Positions 9,826-22,194 of a stretch of DNA of 64,000 nt are shown here, piece after piece (position 1 is the stretch's first letter; each line of letters opens with the position of its first letter). This DNA comes from Lepidodermella squamata (Eukaryota; Animalia; Gastrotricha), in assembly GCA_047495785.1 (NCBI GenBank), contig JBLDXI010000021.1:868001-932000 (forward strand), given 5' to 3'. The notes under the pieces are model-generated. The model had not been told where the DNA came from and ran no database searches. It worked only from the letters and a program-made list of their open reading frames with translations. A program made the translations under genes and the position numbers.

Positions 9826-12800
9826 ATGAATGTGTTGAAATTAGTGTTTCCAAGCGATTCGGTTCTATCCCTGCGCAAGTATATTCAGAACATTACCGTC
9901 CCTGTCGTGAATGAGTCGGATTTGAAGGGCCTGGAAACATTTCTTGACAGTCATTTCGTCGTGAAATGTCCGTCTCTATCGCTGGACTTCGATCCTGATG
10001 GAACGACAGTGTCGCTAGATCGATTAATCGAGCTTGTAATAATCGCCTTAATTCGATCAGGTTGTCCTGAGGCGAAAAATAACTGCTTCACGTTGAACTA
10101 TGAGCTACCATTGATACCTCCGAAATCAATGCCTTTGACAGAGTGCCAAATGGCGCCGGTTTTGCTGGCGAATAAACGCAATAATTTGGTCACTCGGTTC
10201 AAGTCAAGGCAATGGCGGAAAATTCACGAAATACTCGGATCTAGAGCTTTATTCGCGCTATTGGCGAATTCATTCATCTTCACCTTGGCACCACCTTCTT
10301 GCCTGGTCCAACTTGGCGGGCCTCTGTTAACCCACGTCATCCGAGCAACTTCAAAGGACAAAATGCTGCGACGTCGTTGCTACCTGCGTTTTACGGCTGA
10401 TTTGAGGAGAAGGCGAATGTTAATTCCTCGCCTGCCTCCTCCGAAGCCAGATTTGACAAATGTAGCCGGTGAAAGTGTTTTGATTTTGTCGGGTCAGTCA
10501 AACGTGACCTCCACCTTTGTTGACCAGGAGACGGCTGACATCAAAAATTTACTGTCTGAAATGGTGCAGAACGTAGCGCATGAAGTCGACTATGCAGCGA
10601 GTTTCTCACTTTCATTTGGAGGTTTGTTTATTTTTTGAAATGTGAGCTTATCAAATTTGAGTTTAATCCAGCACCTTCAAGTCAAGTTCTTAGCCAACAA
10701 AAGCAATCAGAGGATGAACGAAAGAGGCGTCGGCTTCAAGAGCAGCCGAAGTTTAACGATTTCAAAGCGACATTTCGGTTTCAAAATGATGAAGTCGTAA
10801 TTCCTCGAATTGGAATGTTCTACAGCCGTAGTATGACCTCCTCTCGTAAATTTTTCGCCAATTTCGATGGGAAATTCGCTAAAGAACCAGCTGATAAATC
10901 CGATAACAAGCATCGAGCTATATTTGCCCGAATTTTTCTACGGACTGACAAGCCAAGTGATGCAAATGTGCTCTCGAACGAAATTTTCCGCCAAAATCCT
11001 CCCTGCCGAAAACTCTACTCATCTCTGAGTGACTACTTGCAAAAATTTGCGGCAAATTTTGGCGAGAAAAAAATTCGAAGTCTTCTCAATCGATACTGCA
11101 GTTTGCCAGATTTGCTTCGTTTGAATTCGAGGCAAGTTCGGAGGGGACGTCGATCACCAGTTTCCGTCAAGTTTTTGCTGAATTCGAAGACGCCATCCGA
11201 TAAAGTTGCTGACATGATTCGGGCGATGTTGACGAAATTGTTTCCTAAAAAATACAAAGGAGTGCGAGAATTCTGGTTCGGCAATCGAAGCAACCGCCGC
11301 AAAATGGAAAAATGGGCGCGAATGCAGGTAACTGCTGGTCGATATTGGTCAGGTAAACAAAAAAGAGCTAAGAATTCTGTATGAAAATTCTGTAATTATT
11401 TAGCCAAGGTTGGAACTGTGGTGGATGATTTCGATCTGTCAGCTGTTACTTGGCTTCAAGGCTGGTCGAGATGGGAGCGTCGCTTTCTGTTCGGCCGATT
11501 CATTTCATGGCTTCTGGGCGAAATTATTTTCGGTATCATCCGAGCATTTTTCTACGTCACCGATTCAGCCAATTACCGCAATCGTCTGTTGTTCTTTCGT
11601 AAGCCGGTTTGGAACAGCCTGTTTGATCGGCAACTGGAAGGAATGATCAGAAACAAGCATTTGCAGAAAATTCCCATGACTGGCCAAGTTGCCAAAAAGA
11701 TACACGAGTAAATGTTTTACTGAATTTATTCCCGCCCTACATGTAATTTTATTTGCAGGAAACTCACCTCTGGAAACGCTTTTCTAGCTTCATTGCGATT
11801 TCTGCCGAAGGAAACTGGTCTCCGGCCAGTTCTCGGTATGTGCGGGAAGGCTAAGTTACCAACAGGTAGTGGAGCTGCCTCCAACGCTCCGCTAACTTTC
11901 ATCCCATCAGCTAATCACTTGTGTGAAAATGCCCTGCAACATTTGCTTTTCATTCGACGAAATCGGCCTCAAATTACCGGCTCTAGCGTCCTGAACCGCG
12001 ACGAGTTTATGGCCAAATGGCGGGAGTTTATCGCAAAGCGTCAGTTAGCATCTCTCGAAATGAAAGAAAACCGCCCGTTGTACTTCGTTCGGTTGGACAT
12101 ATCAAAGTGCTTCGATATGATTGACCAAACTCTTCTTAGTTCAATTTTTTTGAACAAGGTGGTTACACCTGATGATGACGTTTTCATTCGAAAAATGGCA
12201 ACGATTCGAGTTGTCGGGGGCGTTCCGAGGTTTGCCGGCTGTTTTTGACATTTCTCATTTGCCTAATTTTATTTTTCAGGATTCAAGACAGATGGTGTAC
12301 TTCAAAAATCACCGGAGCAGCCAACAGTCTGACTGAAAGCTGTAAAATTATTCAGAACGAGTTGGGTGTGCGTTCTGCGATAATCGTCGACACAGACAAT
12401 TTATTTCGAAGCACGCCCGAGGAATTAAAATCCATTTTCTGCAAGGCGGTGGGATCTACTTACGTGCGAACCAGCCCGTCAGGAAAACGGCTGTATTACC
12501 TGTCGCAGGGAGTCGCACAAGGCTCAATTTTGTCGCCCATGCTCTGCAACATTTACTACGCTGAACTTGAAAAGCAATACATTGACGGAATTATCAATCT
12601 TGAAGAGGACTTGTTTGTTCGGCAAGTTGACGACTTTTTGCTTGTTTCGCCATCCATTGCAACTGCCTATCAATTTTTGGAGTTGTTTCTGAAGGGAATA
12701 CCGCAATTTCGTATGTGCGTGAATTTCGAAAAGTTGGAAACTAATTTACCCCAAGAAATTTTGGATCGTTTGGCACGAGAGTATTCACCCCAGTTGATGC

Positions 12801-13591
12801 TGACGAGAACAAAACCGTTGAATCGAGTTGTTCGTATGACGTGGTGTGGGCTTGAACTTGACACCGAATCGTTGACTGTCGGCATAGACTGGCAGCGATA
12901 TGTGTCCCTGCGCGTCTCGGACACGCTAACTTTCACGATGATTCGTGAGCCCTTACAATCCCTCATTCGAAAATTGAGTGCTACTGTGTATTCGTTTGCA
13001 TTGCCCATCGCGCTGGATCTGAATCTCAGTTCTGCGTCATTCGTCTCGCATGAAGTAAAGAACCATATTTTCTGATACCAAAGCATGGTCTAGCTCATTT
13101 TTTTTCAGATTTACAAGCTGTTTCTATTTTTGGCCTGTCGTCTTTACTACATGCTTCGGTTTTTGCGCAACTCTTACCCTGATCAATCTCCCGACCTATT
13201 TGTTGCGATTTGGTACAAGCTGGCTGACATGGTCGCCTCCAATCGCATTACTTACAGTGCTGTGAACAAAACTCTTGCCCATCAATCTTATTCAAACGAA
13301 ATTGATGTTGTCCAAGGCGCGCGGTCGAGTAGCTCCCTTTTCATATCAGGAAATTATCCTGTCACTCGGAGTTATATTCGCCTATTGGCTCTTTCTGCTT
13401 TGCAGTGTAAACTCAGTCAACATAAAGGTACTTATCCACTTTTGAGGAGGCTGATTTTACTGACTATGTCAAGGCTTCGTCGAAACATTGATTCAAGCTT
13501 GCTTAGTGATAGCGACAGTCTTCAGTTTTGTGATGACGGCGTCATACCAGCCAACTTTCATGAGTTAGTGAGAGGCAAGAAAATATTCTGA
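9826..13591 (+). CDS. TERT: Telomerase reverse transcriptase, about 1169 aa (exons 9826-10621, 10672-11352, 11404-11707, 11759-12229, 12280-13054, 13109-13591)
   Basis: TEN/GQ (W..I...LG...QLGG), CP-like (LLNRYC.LP), T motif (FFYVTD...LLFFRKPVW), motifs 1/2 (LRFLPK..GLRP), A (YFVRLDISKCFD), B' (QGVAQGSILSP), C (RQVDDFL), E (WCG); all five introns restore the frame. Confidence 0.97.
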
Positions 13592-13699
13592 TGTTGGGCG
13601 TTTTCTCTTTTCCATTCATATTTTTCAATAAAAAATGTTGTGCCTACAAACAGCGTCAGTCAAAACATTGAGGGGAGACAATTCAGTTTCGTTTGAACT

Positions 13700-14170
13700 A
13701 TGCTGTAATTTCTCATTCATTCATTCAGTTCCTTTTCTGGTTTAATTATAGAAAAGATCTGTTGTAGTGGATAACAGTTTGCAAGAATCCATGCGGAATG
13801 AAGAATAAAAGATTAGATTTATAGGCCAGACGTCACCTCCGACATGTTTATTGGGCCATCTTCAGGGTTCGAGCAATTTGAATCTAATGGCCGTTGCTAC
13901 AAAACAGCGTTTAAGTTGTTCGTTGACAAAAAGCGCCGTCTCAGGCTAGTTTTAGAATTTGGATACTCGCTTGAATCATCCGCGAATGAAATGGTAAGCC
14001 TGATTTCAGTGTGAATCAGCCTGCCGTAGAGCGGAAGCTGAGCGACGTTACATAATAATCCGGTGGGTCGGATTGGGCTTCTGAGTGAGAGTTTCTTATG
14101 ACAATCTTTCAATTGTTCCGAATCCTCCCTATCATAACTAAATAAAGGGGCCCACCCAAACGTCACCTAT
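13700..14170 (+). ncRNA. Candidate structured ncRNA with H/ACA and CAB-like 3' domain, directly downstream of TERT
   Basis: Several 6-9 bp stems found by eye; H box ACATAA 14050-14055, UGAG in the terminal loop 14082-14085, ACA+3 nt at 14101-14106. No canonical telomeric template seen. Confidence 0.3.
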
Positions 14171-14220
14171 GTGTATGAAATCTCGAAAAGCTAAGAGAAG
14201 CTCTTGCATTTGCATTTCAA

Positions 14221-14370
14221 ATCTCAATCACATCAATCACATCAATCACATCAAATCTCTCCTGCTTTCTTCCTCCTGCTTCCTGCTCTCATGCGCCTTT
14301 TCATGATGTCAGATACCTAAAGGCAACTTGCATGAATTGAGTGTATGGGTATGAGTATAAGTATGTTGCT
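14221..14370. repeat. Short degenerate tandem repeats: (CAATCACAT)x3, CTCCTG-type units, (GAGTAT/GGGTAT)x4
   Basis: Directly visible. Confidence 0.8.
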
Positions 14371-14709
14371 TTGACCACGGTTGACTGGGCCTGGCCTGGG
14401 CTTGGAGCATGGCGCCCGGTCGCGCTCCTGAAAGCATGCAGCGATTATATTTTCTAAAGCAAAATGTTCGTCTTTATAATACATTTAATAAATAATTTTT
14501 TTATCGAAAATTATATAAAAATTGTAACCCAAGGTCATCAATTTATAAATATATGTTGCATTTATTTTCGATTTTCGGGATGGAAAAAATCAGAGCGACG
14601 TTTCGATGAATAGGCGAGAAAGATCGGAGCTTTGATCTTGAGAGGTGAAGTTTACTGTCGAAATTATATACTTACTGCTTGATAAGTATAACGATAAACA
14701 TACTGCCAT

Positions 14710-16552
14710 ATGGATACAAGCAGCAATTCGAATGGCCCATCGCCGGGAAAACTTGTGAGCGTAAGTTTACAGCAATCAATGACTCTTTTATAGACTTTTC
14801 ACACTTCAAGCTCTGAAATATTTGATGTTAGCTACCAAAAGAAACTATTACTACCAAATTGAATATACCCCGTCCACTTGGCAGATATTAAATATGTATC
14901 GTTCTGTAAAATTTTATCAAGTGAAATCGCGCCGATTTGAGTCGCGTAGTCTACAAATGGTGTTGCCGGCAAGTAACGTCCTATGTCTCTGATACCAAGC
15001 TCTACGTCGTAAGTTTTTGGAGCCGTGTTCTGCGAGCCATCAATGCATCTTAACTGTGAAGTCATAAATGACTAATTTTTGCCAACAATTGCTAACTTGC
15101 GCCGCATATAACTCGCTCCATACAGGGTTTTATTTTTAGAACGAAGCCGATTTCGATGCAGAGTGGGAGCAATTCGAAGCTGAGATTAGCGGGGCTCCCG
15201 CTTCGGTTCCGCGTGATGCGACTCTGGAGTGTGTATCTTATCCAATAAATCCGAGGTACGATACCGATGCTCAAGCTACTATTTCATCTAAGGCTTCAGC
15301 TGCTGACGTAAGTTACTAGTTATTACAAGCCCTGTAATGAATACAAGTGAATCATTGATTTTAGGACAATACAAGAGCCAGCGCTGGCGAGGATGACGGG
15401 TCAGCTGCATACTCGCCGTCTAGTGAACCAATTTTAGATTTGTTCTCTGATTATCAAACTTCGCAAACACCGAAAGAAATCGCCGGTGGATCAATTGAAG
15501 ACACTATTCCTGATAAGCCGTCAAAGCAGGCTGAGGAGAAGAACAGTCATGAAAAGCGACGTCGTAGCCGCTCTCGCTCGCGCAACAGATCAAGAAGCAG
15601 AGATCGATCTCATCGTTCCAAAAAAGATAAACATCATTCCCATCACAATAAGTCGTCTAATCGCAGCCGTAGCCGCGACCGTCATCGCAAGCATCGTAAA
15701 TCATCAAGCAAATCACCCAGTTCCAGAAGTAGATCTAGATCTCGGTCCAGGTCATCAGATAGGCATCGTCGATCTCACAAACGTGAAAGTGACAGGGATA
15801 AAAAGGGCCATGAAGAGCGTCCAAGTTCGCTTTCTTCAGCTACTGTTGGTAATTATGGGCCGAGGTCAGCGGAACAGATGGAGAAGCAACGTCAACTGAA
15901 CGCTGCAGTTTTAACTCAAAAGCAACATGTACCAAAACGGACACCGGGAAAAGGTCGGCATCCACAGCGAAATAGCAGCGAAAGATCGGAGCGAGACGAA
16001 GAAGAGGCTCGTGGGACTGATAATTCAGGGGGACCTCCAAGTCGCTCTGCTCCAAACTTGCCGAAGAAAAAGTTGTTTGATGCAAAGATGACTCCACAAG
16101 AAAGAGCTGCTGCACTTCAAAAACAAGTCGAGGAAGCTACTGGTATCCAAATGCCCAAGTATTATAATCCATCAGCAATAAATCCACTGAAATATGCCGA
16201 GCAAATGCAGAAACGGAAATTGCTCTGGTCTAAAGCAAAGGAAGGGAAGGCAGAAAACGAAACATTATGGCAAAATACTGCCATGGCTCTTGATAGCTCT
16301 TCCTCCAACAAATTTCAAAAATTGATGGGCTTGAAGACAGCAGAAGAGACTGCGGCGGCGGAAGCTGCAAAGCAGTCATCAGTGGATTCGAAAAAGAAAC
16401 AAGAACAGCTTTTCAATCAGCTGGATCGGGAGTATGAATTTGCCCGAATGTCAACACACACGCATCGAGGAATGGGCCTGGGCTTCTCTTCGGCTGTTGC
16501 GGAGAAAGCCTCTTTTATAGCTAGTAATTCCAATTTACTGGGAAAAAAGTGA
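14710..16552 (+). CDS. RSRC2: Arg/Ser-rich coiled-coil protein, RSRC2-like (exons 14710-14760, 15140-15307, 15365-16552)
   Basis: RS domain; TGIQMPKYYNPSAINPLKYAEQMQKRKLLW and KFQKLMG...LDREYEFARMSTHTHRGMGLGF (SMAP-type C-terminus). Confidence 0.9.
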
Positions 16553-16693
16553 ATCTTGCAATCAACTCTTATTATATCCTGTTTTGTCTTGTCTTACGTG
16601 TCATTAATGTTTCGAGTAAAATCACAAGGGAGTTTTCTTATATTGATTTGCTTTTCTTTGTAGGGATATTTTGAGGTGTCTGAATTTGCGAGA

Positions 16694-17411
16694 ATGGCTG
16701 AGGAGAACATCTTTTTGTTTTATCCGAACTTGATCGGCTATGGAAGAATCATCACTGCCCTGCTAGCTCTATATTTCATGCCGACACTGCCTTGCTTCAC
16801 CATGGTTATGTATATTACATCTGCCCTCCTCGATGCGGCGGACGGTCATGTCGCTCGAATGTTCAACCAGAGCACTCGTTTTGGAGCTCTTCTCGACATG
16901 TTGACTGATCGTTGCGCAACTCTTGGCTTGGTGATGGGCCTTTCAGCCTTGTACCCAGACTGGGCATTTCTCTTCATTCTGTCGGCTGTCATCGACGTTG
17001 CCAGCCATTGGCTGTTTATGGTGACTTCGTACTTCTGTGGTAAAACTAGTCACAAGTCGGTTGGGTCACTGGATAACCCGGTCATCCAACTATACTACTC
17101 GTCGAAATCATTCTTGTTCTTCATGTGTGCCGGCAACGAACTTTTCTACTGTGCAGTCTATTTGATGAAGTTTTATCCTAATTTTTTGATCGGTGAGAAC
17201 TTTTATATTGATTCAAATTTATTGTTAATGAGCTCATTTCTTTGCAGCTGGCTTTGGAATTTGGAAAATTGTTGCCATCCTGTGCTTCCCAGTGGCCACG
17301 GGCAAATCAATCATCAGCCTGGTCCATTTAATTGCCGGTTCGCAAATGATTGGCGAGCTGGACGTGAAAGAACGGAAAGAAAAAGCAGCGAATGCATCGA
17401 AAAGCAAATAA
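16694..17411 (+). CDS. CDIPT: Phosphatidylinositol synthase (2 exons)
   Basis: ENIFLFYPNLIGYGR; CDP-alcohol phosphotransferase motif DAADGHVAR..NQSTRFGALLDMLTD; CAGNELF. Confidence 0.96.
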
Positions 17412-17684
17412 CTGAATCGAGAGATCTTACTCAACAATGATAATATATATTTATTCGAGTGATTAGGACTAAAATGGGCAGTTTTTAACTTATGCTGTTG
17501 TTCATTCGTTTAAACATTTATAAATTTCGCTTCTATCTCAAACCGATGTCTTGAGGTGGTTATCGAGGAACGCTGGCTCGTTCTATAGTCTATTGTTTTG
17601 TTTCAATAAACACTTGTTATCAATAAAATTTATTTGGATATATTTTGTGAGTATTTTTCTGTGAAATGCCCTCGTAGATTTTTG

Positions 17685-18885
17685 ATGAAAATTGGCTCAC
17701 TGATCCGAGTCTCTGTTAATCGATATTCCCAATTAAAGAGAATGGTTCATTTGCGAGCTGCAACTCATTTGTTTGACGCCATCGCCCCGCCCCAATTGGC
17801 TGCGGACTGGGATAATACCGGCCTATTGGTCGAACCCCCTTTCGAGGACGATGAGAGTTTTGATATTAAAAAAATCGTCGTGACTAACGACCTGACCATT
17901 CCCGTGTACGAGGAGGCTAGGAAGCAGTCGGCGACATTGATATACACGTACCACCCGTTGTTGTTTAAGGCAGTCAAAACATTCACAACATCGTCTGGTT
18001 GGACAGTGGGTGTTGCGCTGAAATGCATTCGAAATGGCATTGCGGTTTATAGCGCTCATACTGCGATCGATGCTATTCCAGGCGGTAACAACGACTGGCT
18101 CGTTGATGCGTTCTCTAGCTTCGGTAAAGACACTTTCAGGAACTAAAATTTCGGGATTTTCATGAAAAAATATTTGATATTCACAGGCGTTACGTCTCGC
18201 CGTCCTTTGGATCCAGCCTCCTTCAAAAAGTTACCTGTTTCACCGAATGGTCAAACTGAGTACATAACCGTCATTAAAAATGCCCCTAACAACCTTCAAG
18301 GTGTCAAGGTGCTAAAGACAACCAAGTAAAAATTCAAAAATATCCAATTGAAATCACGATTAATTTTTACAATTTTCCAGGCTAGCTGGTTTTAAGCTCA
18401 CAACTGTGATCCATTCCGAAAAGCTTTCGCTCCCTGATGACGCCACTGTGATTTATAGTGAAAAAGCGCCTAGTCAAGCCGCAACTGGCTTCGGTAGACA
18501 CGCCGAGTTCAAAGAACCGATTCCGTCGCTGGAGGCGGCGGTTGAAATCGTTAAGAAAACTATTGGGGTCGATCGCCTGCGAGTTGTGCGATCGCCGAGC
18601 GCCAAGGGCCCGATTCGATCGCTGGCAGTTTGCGCCGGGTCTGGCTCTGGTGTCTTCGGGCCAAATGCGCGTGCTGATTTGCTGCTATCTGGAGAATTAG
18701 CTCATCACGACCTGCTGAACGCGGCCGCGAACGGCTCGCACGTCATTCTATGCGAACATTCGCGATCGGAGCGCGGTTTCATGAAATCGTGGGCCGGCAA
18801 GTTGCAAGACCTGTTGCGGAAGCTGGACCCCGAAGTCAGTGTTGTGTTTGCTGAGAGCGACGCTGACCCTGTTGATATAATGTGA
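17685..18885 (+). CDS. NIF3L1: NIF3-like protein (3 exons, probable mitochondrial presequence)
   Basis: LAADWDNTGLL, YHPLLF, YSAHTAID, AVCAGSG, SGELAHH, EHSRSER. Confidence 0.95.
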
Positions 18886-19206
18886 AAAGGCGAAGGTGCC
18901 TCCCCCGCCCTGCTATTCGTAAACAATAAGATGCGACATTTATTATATTCATGTGTGCGCAAAACAATAATAGTATATAATAAAGTGCGGCTATTTTCGG
19001 CGGAATAAAACCTCGCGCCGGTGTTTGCCTCGTCGAAGAATACAATAACATTTTGATTAGGCGCCGGCGCACAGGTGAGCAGCTACTGTGGCCGGGCGAT
19101 TTCTTTCTAAGCGTGTCCGGCAAATGAAAAGCAAATAGGAGTAGAGCTTATCGGCTCGCAAATCAAGTAACTGCTCTATAGGCGATCGAGTTGACTAGTC
19201 GCAATA

Positions 19207-20282
19207 ATGAAGCAAACTTTCCAACCGTTTTACACCGCGCAGATAATTATTCATGTTGCATATCTAGTTAGTGGCCAGACTCCGCCAAGCGAGTACGAGC
19301 CAATGCTACACCAAGCAGTCGTTGAAGCGGTTTGCTCAAAAAGGATTTCTCCGAATCTCCCTTAAAGCCTTTTAAATTTAGCTAAAAACTATGAACATCA
19401 CCTACGGCGATTTGACGAAAGACGAACGGGAGGTAATAACGAGCCATGTTCGTGAAGGTGCGTTGGAGCTTCAGGTCAAAAGCGAGAACGGTGGTACGGT
19501 TACAAATGACGACCTTGGCGACGTTTTCGAGAATATTCTGAACGCGATTTCGAATAATCCCGACATCGACCTATTTTCTCATACCGAGTTCGATACATTC
19601 TGGACGGGGAAACATAAATTTAGCGAATTGATTCCCAACGGGGACATCGAAGCGAAAATTCTTGACCTTGTTATCATGAAGGTGATGATTGTACCATCAA
19701 ATTATTTCTATACCAAATATATTTTTCTTAGCTTGAAAAGGCTAATTTATATTACGACGAATTTAGCATCGATCAAAAGGACCTGATTGATGATCTAGTT
19801 AGAGCCGCCGCATTTGTCCAGAGCGAAGAAAGCCCGTCATTATCTGAGGAAATTTTGGAGCCAAAAGTAGACGATATCGTGAAAATTCTGGCAACAGATC
19901 AATACAGCGCGTTCTACAACAACTCCGAATTGATGGCGCAAGTTGGAGACATTGCAGAGCTTCCAGTCGATACGTCTGCGCTATTTTCTGAACCGTCGAT
20001 CGCACGCACCGATATGCACGCATTCTGGCAACGAAATAAGGGGATAGGTTATTCGAAAAGCCACGGCGATACAACAACTTGGCGGATAATGTACGCAGGA
20101 GACTTGGATGATGACTTGTCAGGATCAGCCTGGTCTGTACAACGAACAGGTTGACAGCTAATCTTTGTTCAGTTTGAGGAATAATTTTCTTCATTTTTCT
20201 AGATCGTTTTGCATGGCATATTTGCAATATTGCAAGTTTACTGGGTTTTGCGACCTCCAGATTCGCCTATGAACGCCTATGA
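19207..20282 (+). CDS. Repeat-domain family gene A: signal peptide, 2 repeats, short C-terminal tail (exons 19207-19329, 19382-19681, 19732-20149, 20203-20282; 3' end uncertain)
   Basis: In-frame splicing; signal-like AYLVSG-Q; repeat homologous to genes B and C. Confidence 0.65.
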
Positions 20283-20967
20283 AGTAGAAAATTTGATGAT
20301 GTATACTTTTTCCATGATAATACCGTTAGCTTTCACGTTGAGAATGAAAATAAACGAAGTGCAAGTATCATGTTGTTTTAGAAAACATCTTGGTATACTT
20401 ATTGTAATTATTTTCAGAAATTCGAAATTAACGCCGCGCCGACGTTCGAATGATGGTCGAGATTTATGGCATGGATGCAAATTATTTTGGGCTTCGATTC
20501 CCAGCCCCACTTCCAGAAGACATTAAACATTTGCGCCCACCATGCCCTGGTCCACGTGGGCAGCACGCGGGTCATCACCCCATTTGACGGTACCATAATG
20601 GGTGATAGGAACAAAGACATTCGACATTCTTGTTTCTTGTTAATGTTTTGTCGAACAAATGTCCAGCCGAAAATGTTTACACTATCTCTCCGAATTGCCC
20701 TTCGTTAACGCCAGTATAAAAATACCGCGGAGGTGTTCATAAAAAATTGTCAGCGAAATCGGCTGTAAATGTACTTTCAATCGATAGATAAAATTGACTT
20801 GAGGGCAAAGGTTTAAATTAAAATGAACAGTGCGAAACTTCCAGGTGTCGATAGCGAAGCAGCGAGCGGAAATTGGACGAAACTGCACGAACAAGGCAGA
20901 CGTATGCCTTTAATCTGTTCATTTCTGTGGTTCGACTCGTATGTTTTTCTCTCAAAACCGTCAAATC

Positions 20968-22194
20968 ATGGGCAAATATGTTTGGTTCATTGGGCTACAA
21001 GTGATCATCTTTTTGATCAGCGTTAATGGCGATGTAAATGGTGCAGATGTTCTTGGAAAGCTCAGGGAAATGACTATGAATCGGGTATGAAGTAGTATCC
21101 TCGCCAACTTTGATGGTGAATAATTGATGTTTATTTTGTGATAATCTAGCTTCTGAGGGCTGGGATCAAGTACGACGATCTGGACCAGGGTTCAAAGGAC
21201 TTCGTTGATGAACATGTGAAAAGCGTCGCAATGGAATTTACTGATGCAAATGAGACCGCGCTAAATTGTAGCAGCGACAAAGTCATAAGCTTGCTAGCTA
21301 CAGCTCCGAACAGTCCCTTCAGCTCCAAAGCATCTTTGGAACATGAATCAATGCGAACTATGGCTGCTCCGCGTCCGGAAATACACCTAAAAGTTTCGTC
21401 GGATGCTGAAGAAAATGAGGAAGAAAATGAGGTAAACTGATAGGACTCAATACTAAGCAGCTCAATTTTATGTTTTTGCTAGTACCCAGAGGATGAGTTT
21501 GATGGCCCATATGATGAAGAATGGGATGAATCAAACAGCGGCGATGGAAATGACTTTGACGATGAATTTGACCCCGAGTTTGATGTCGGCGGGGAAACTA
21601 CCGACGAGTTATTAACAAGTACCGAGGCGATCGAAACTACGGAGAAAATAACGACCAAAAGTTCGCACAAGGAGAAAACGACGACTGAAAAGTCAAGTCG
21701 ACATCATACGACAGTCGAATCACATGTTGAATCGACAGCGAAGGGGAAAACCCACAGCCCTACAAAAGCTGCGACCAAGTCTGATAATGATCCTGAAGAA
21801 GAGGACAATGGAGATGAGGACCTTGGTTCAAAGCAAACTACTAAGAAATCGCACCGCGCAACGACAAAGCCACCCGCTGAAAACACTACTCATAAGTCAC
21901 AGAAAACTACAAAAGCTGAGAAAAGTTCGAAAACTACGAAAGCTGAGAAAAATTCGAAAACTACGAAAAAGTCAAGTAAAACTACAACGAAGGCGCCGAA
22001 GAAAAGCTCGTCTAGCTCTTCTAAGGACAAAGCTGTCAGCAGTGGTAAGTATTTTATCCATTCTAATACATGCATACTTATATCAAATTTCTTTCCAAGG
22101 TCACACTTTATTCATTTGTGGAGAACTTTACTTGGCAGCATTTGGTTCACTCATCTTAGCGTCTTTGTTTCAACATGCCCAGCAGATTCAATAA
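20968..22194 (+). CDS. Repeat-domain family gene B: signal peptide, 1 repeat, acidic block, Thr/Lys/Ser mucin-like stalk, GPI-like tail (exons 20968-21084, 21150-21431, 21483-22044, 22100-22194)
   Basis: MGKYVWFIGLQVIIFLISVNG signal; 27-nt KTTKAEKSS tandem units; hydrophobic last exon after SSG. Confidence 0.8.

Noticed and set aside
13897-14166. 89-codon minus-strand ORF after a possible acceptor
   Set aside because: No in-phase upstream coding exon and no recognisable similarity.
14343-14353. Minus-strand CATACCCATAC resembles the 11-nt telomerase template CUAACCCUAAC in layout
   Set aside because: It lies within a degenerate hexamer microsatellite, no pseudoknot is evident next to it, and it would imply an unsupported TATGGG telomere.
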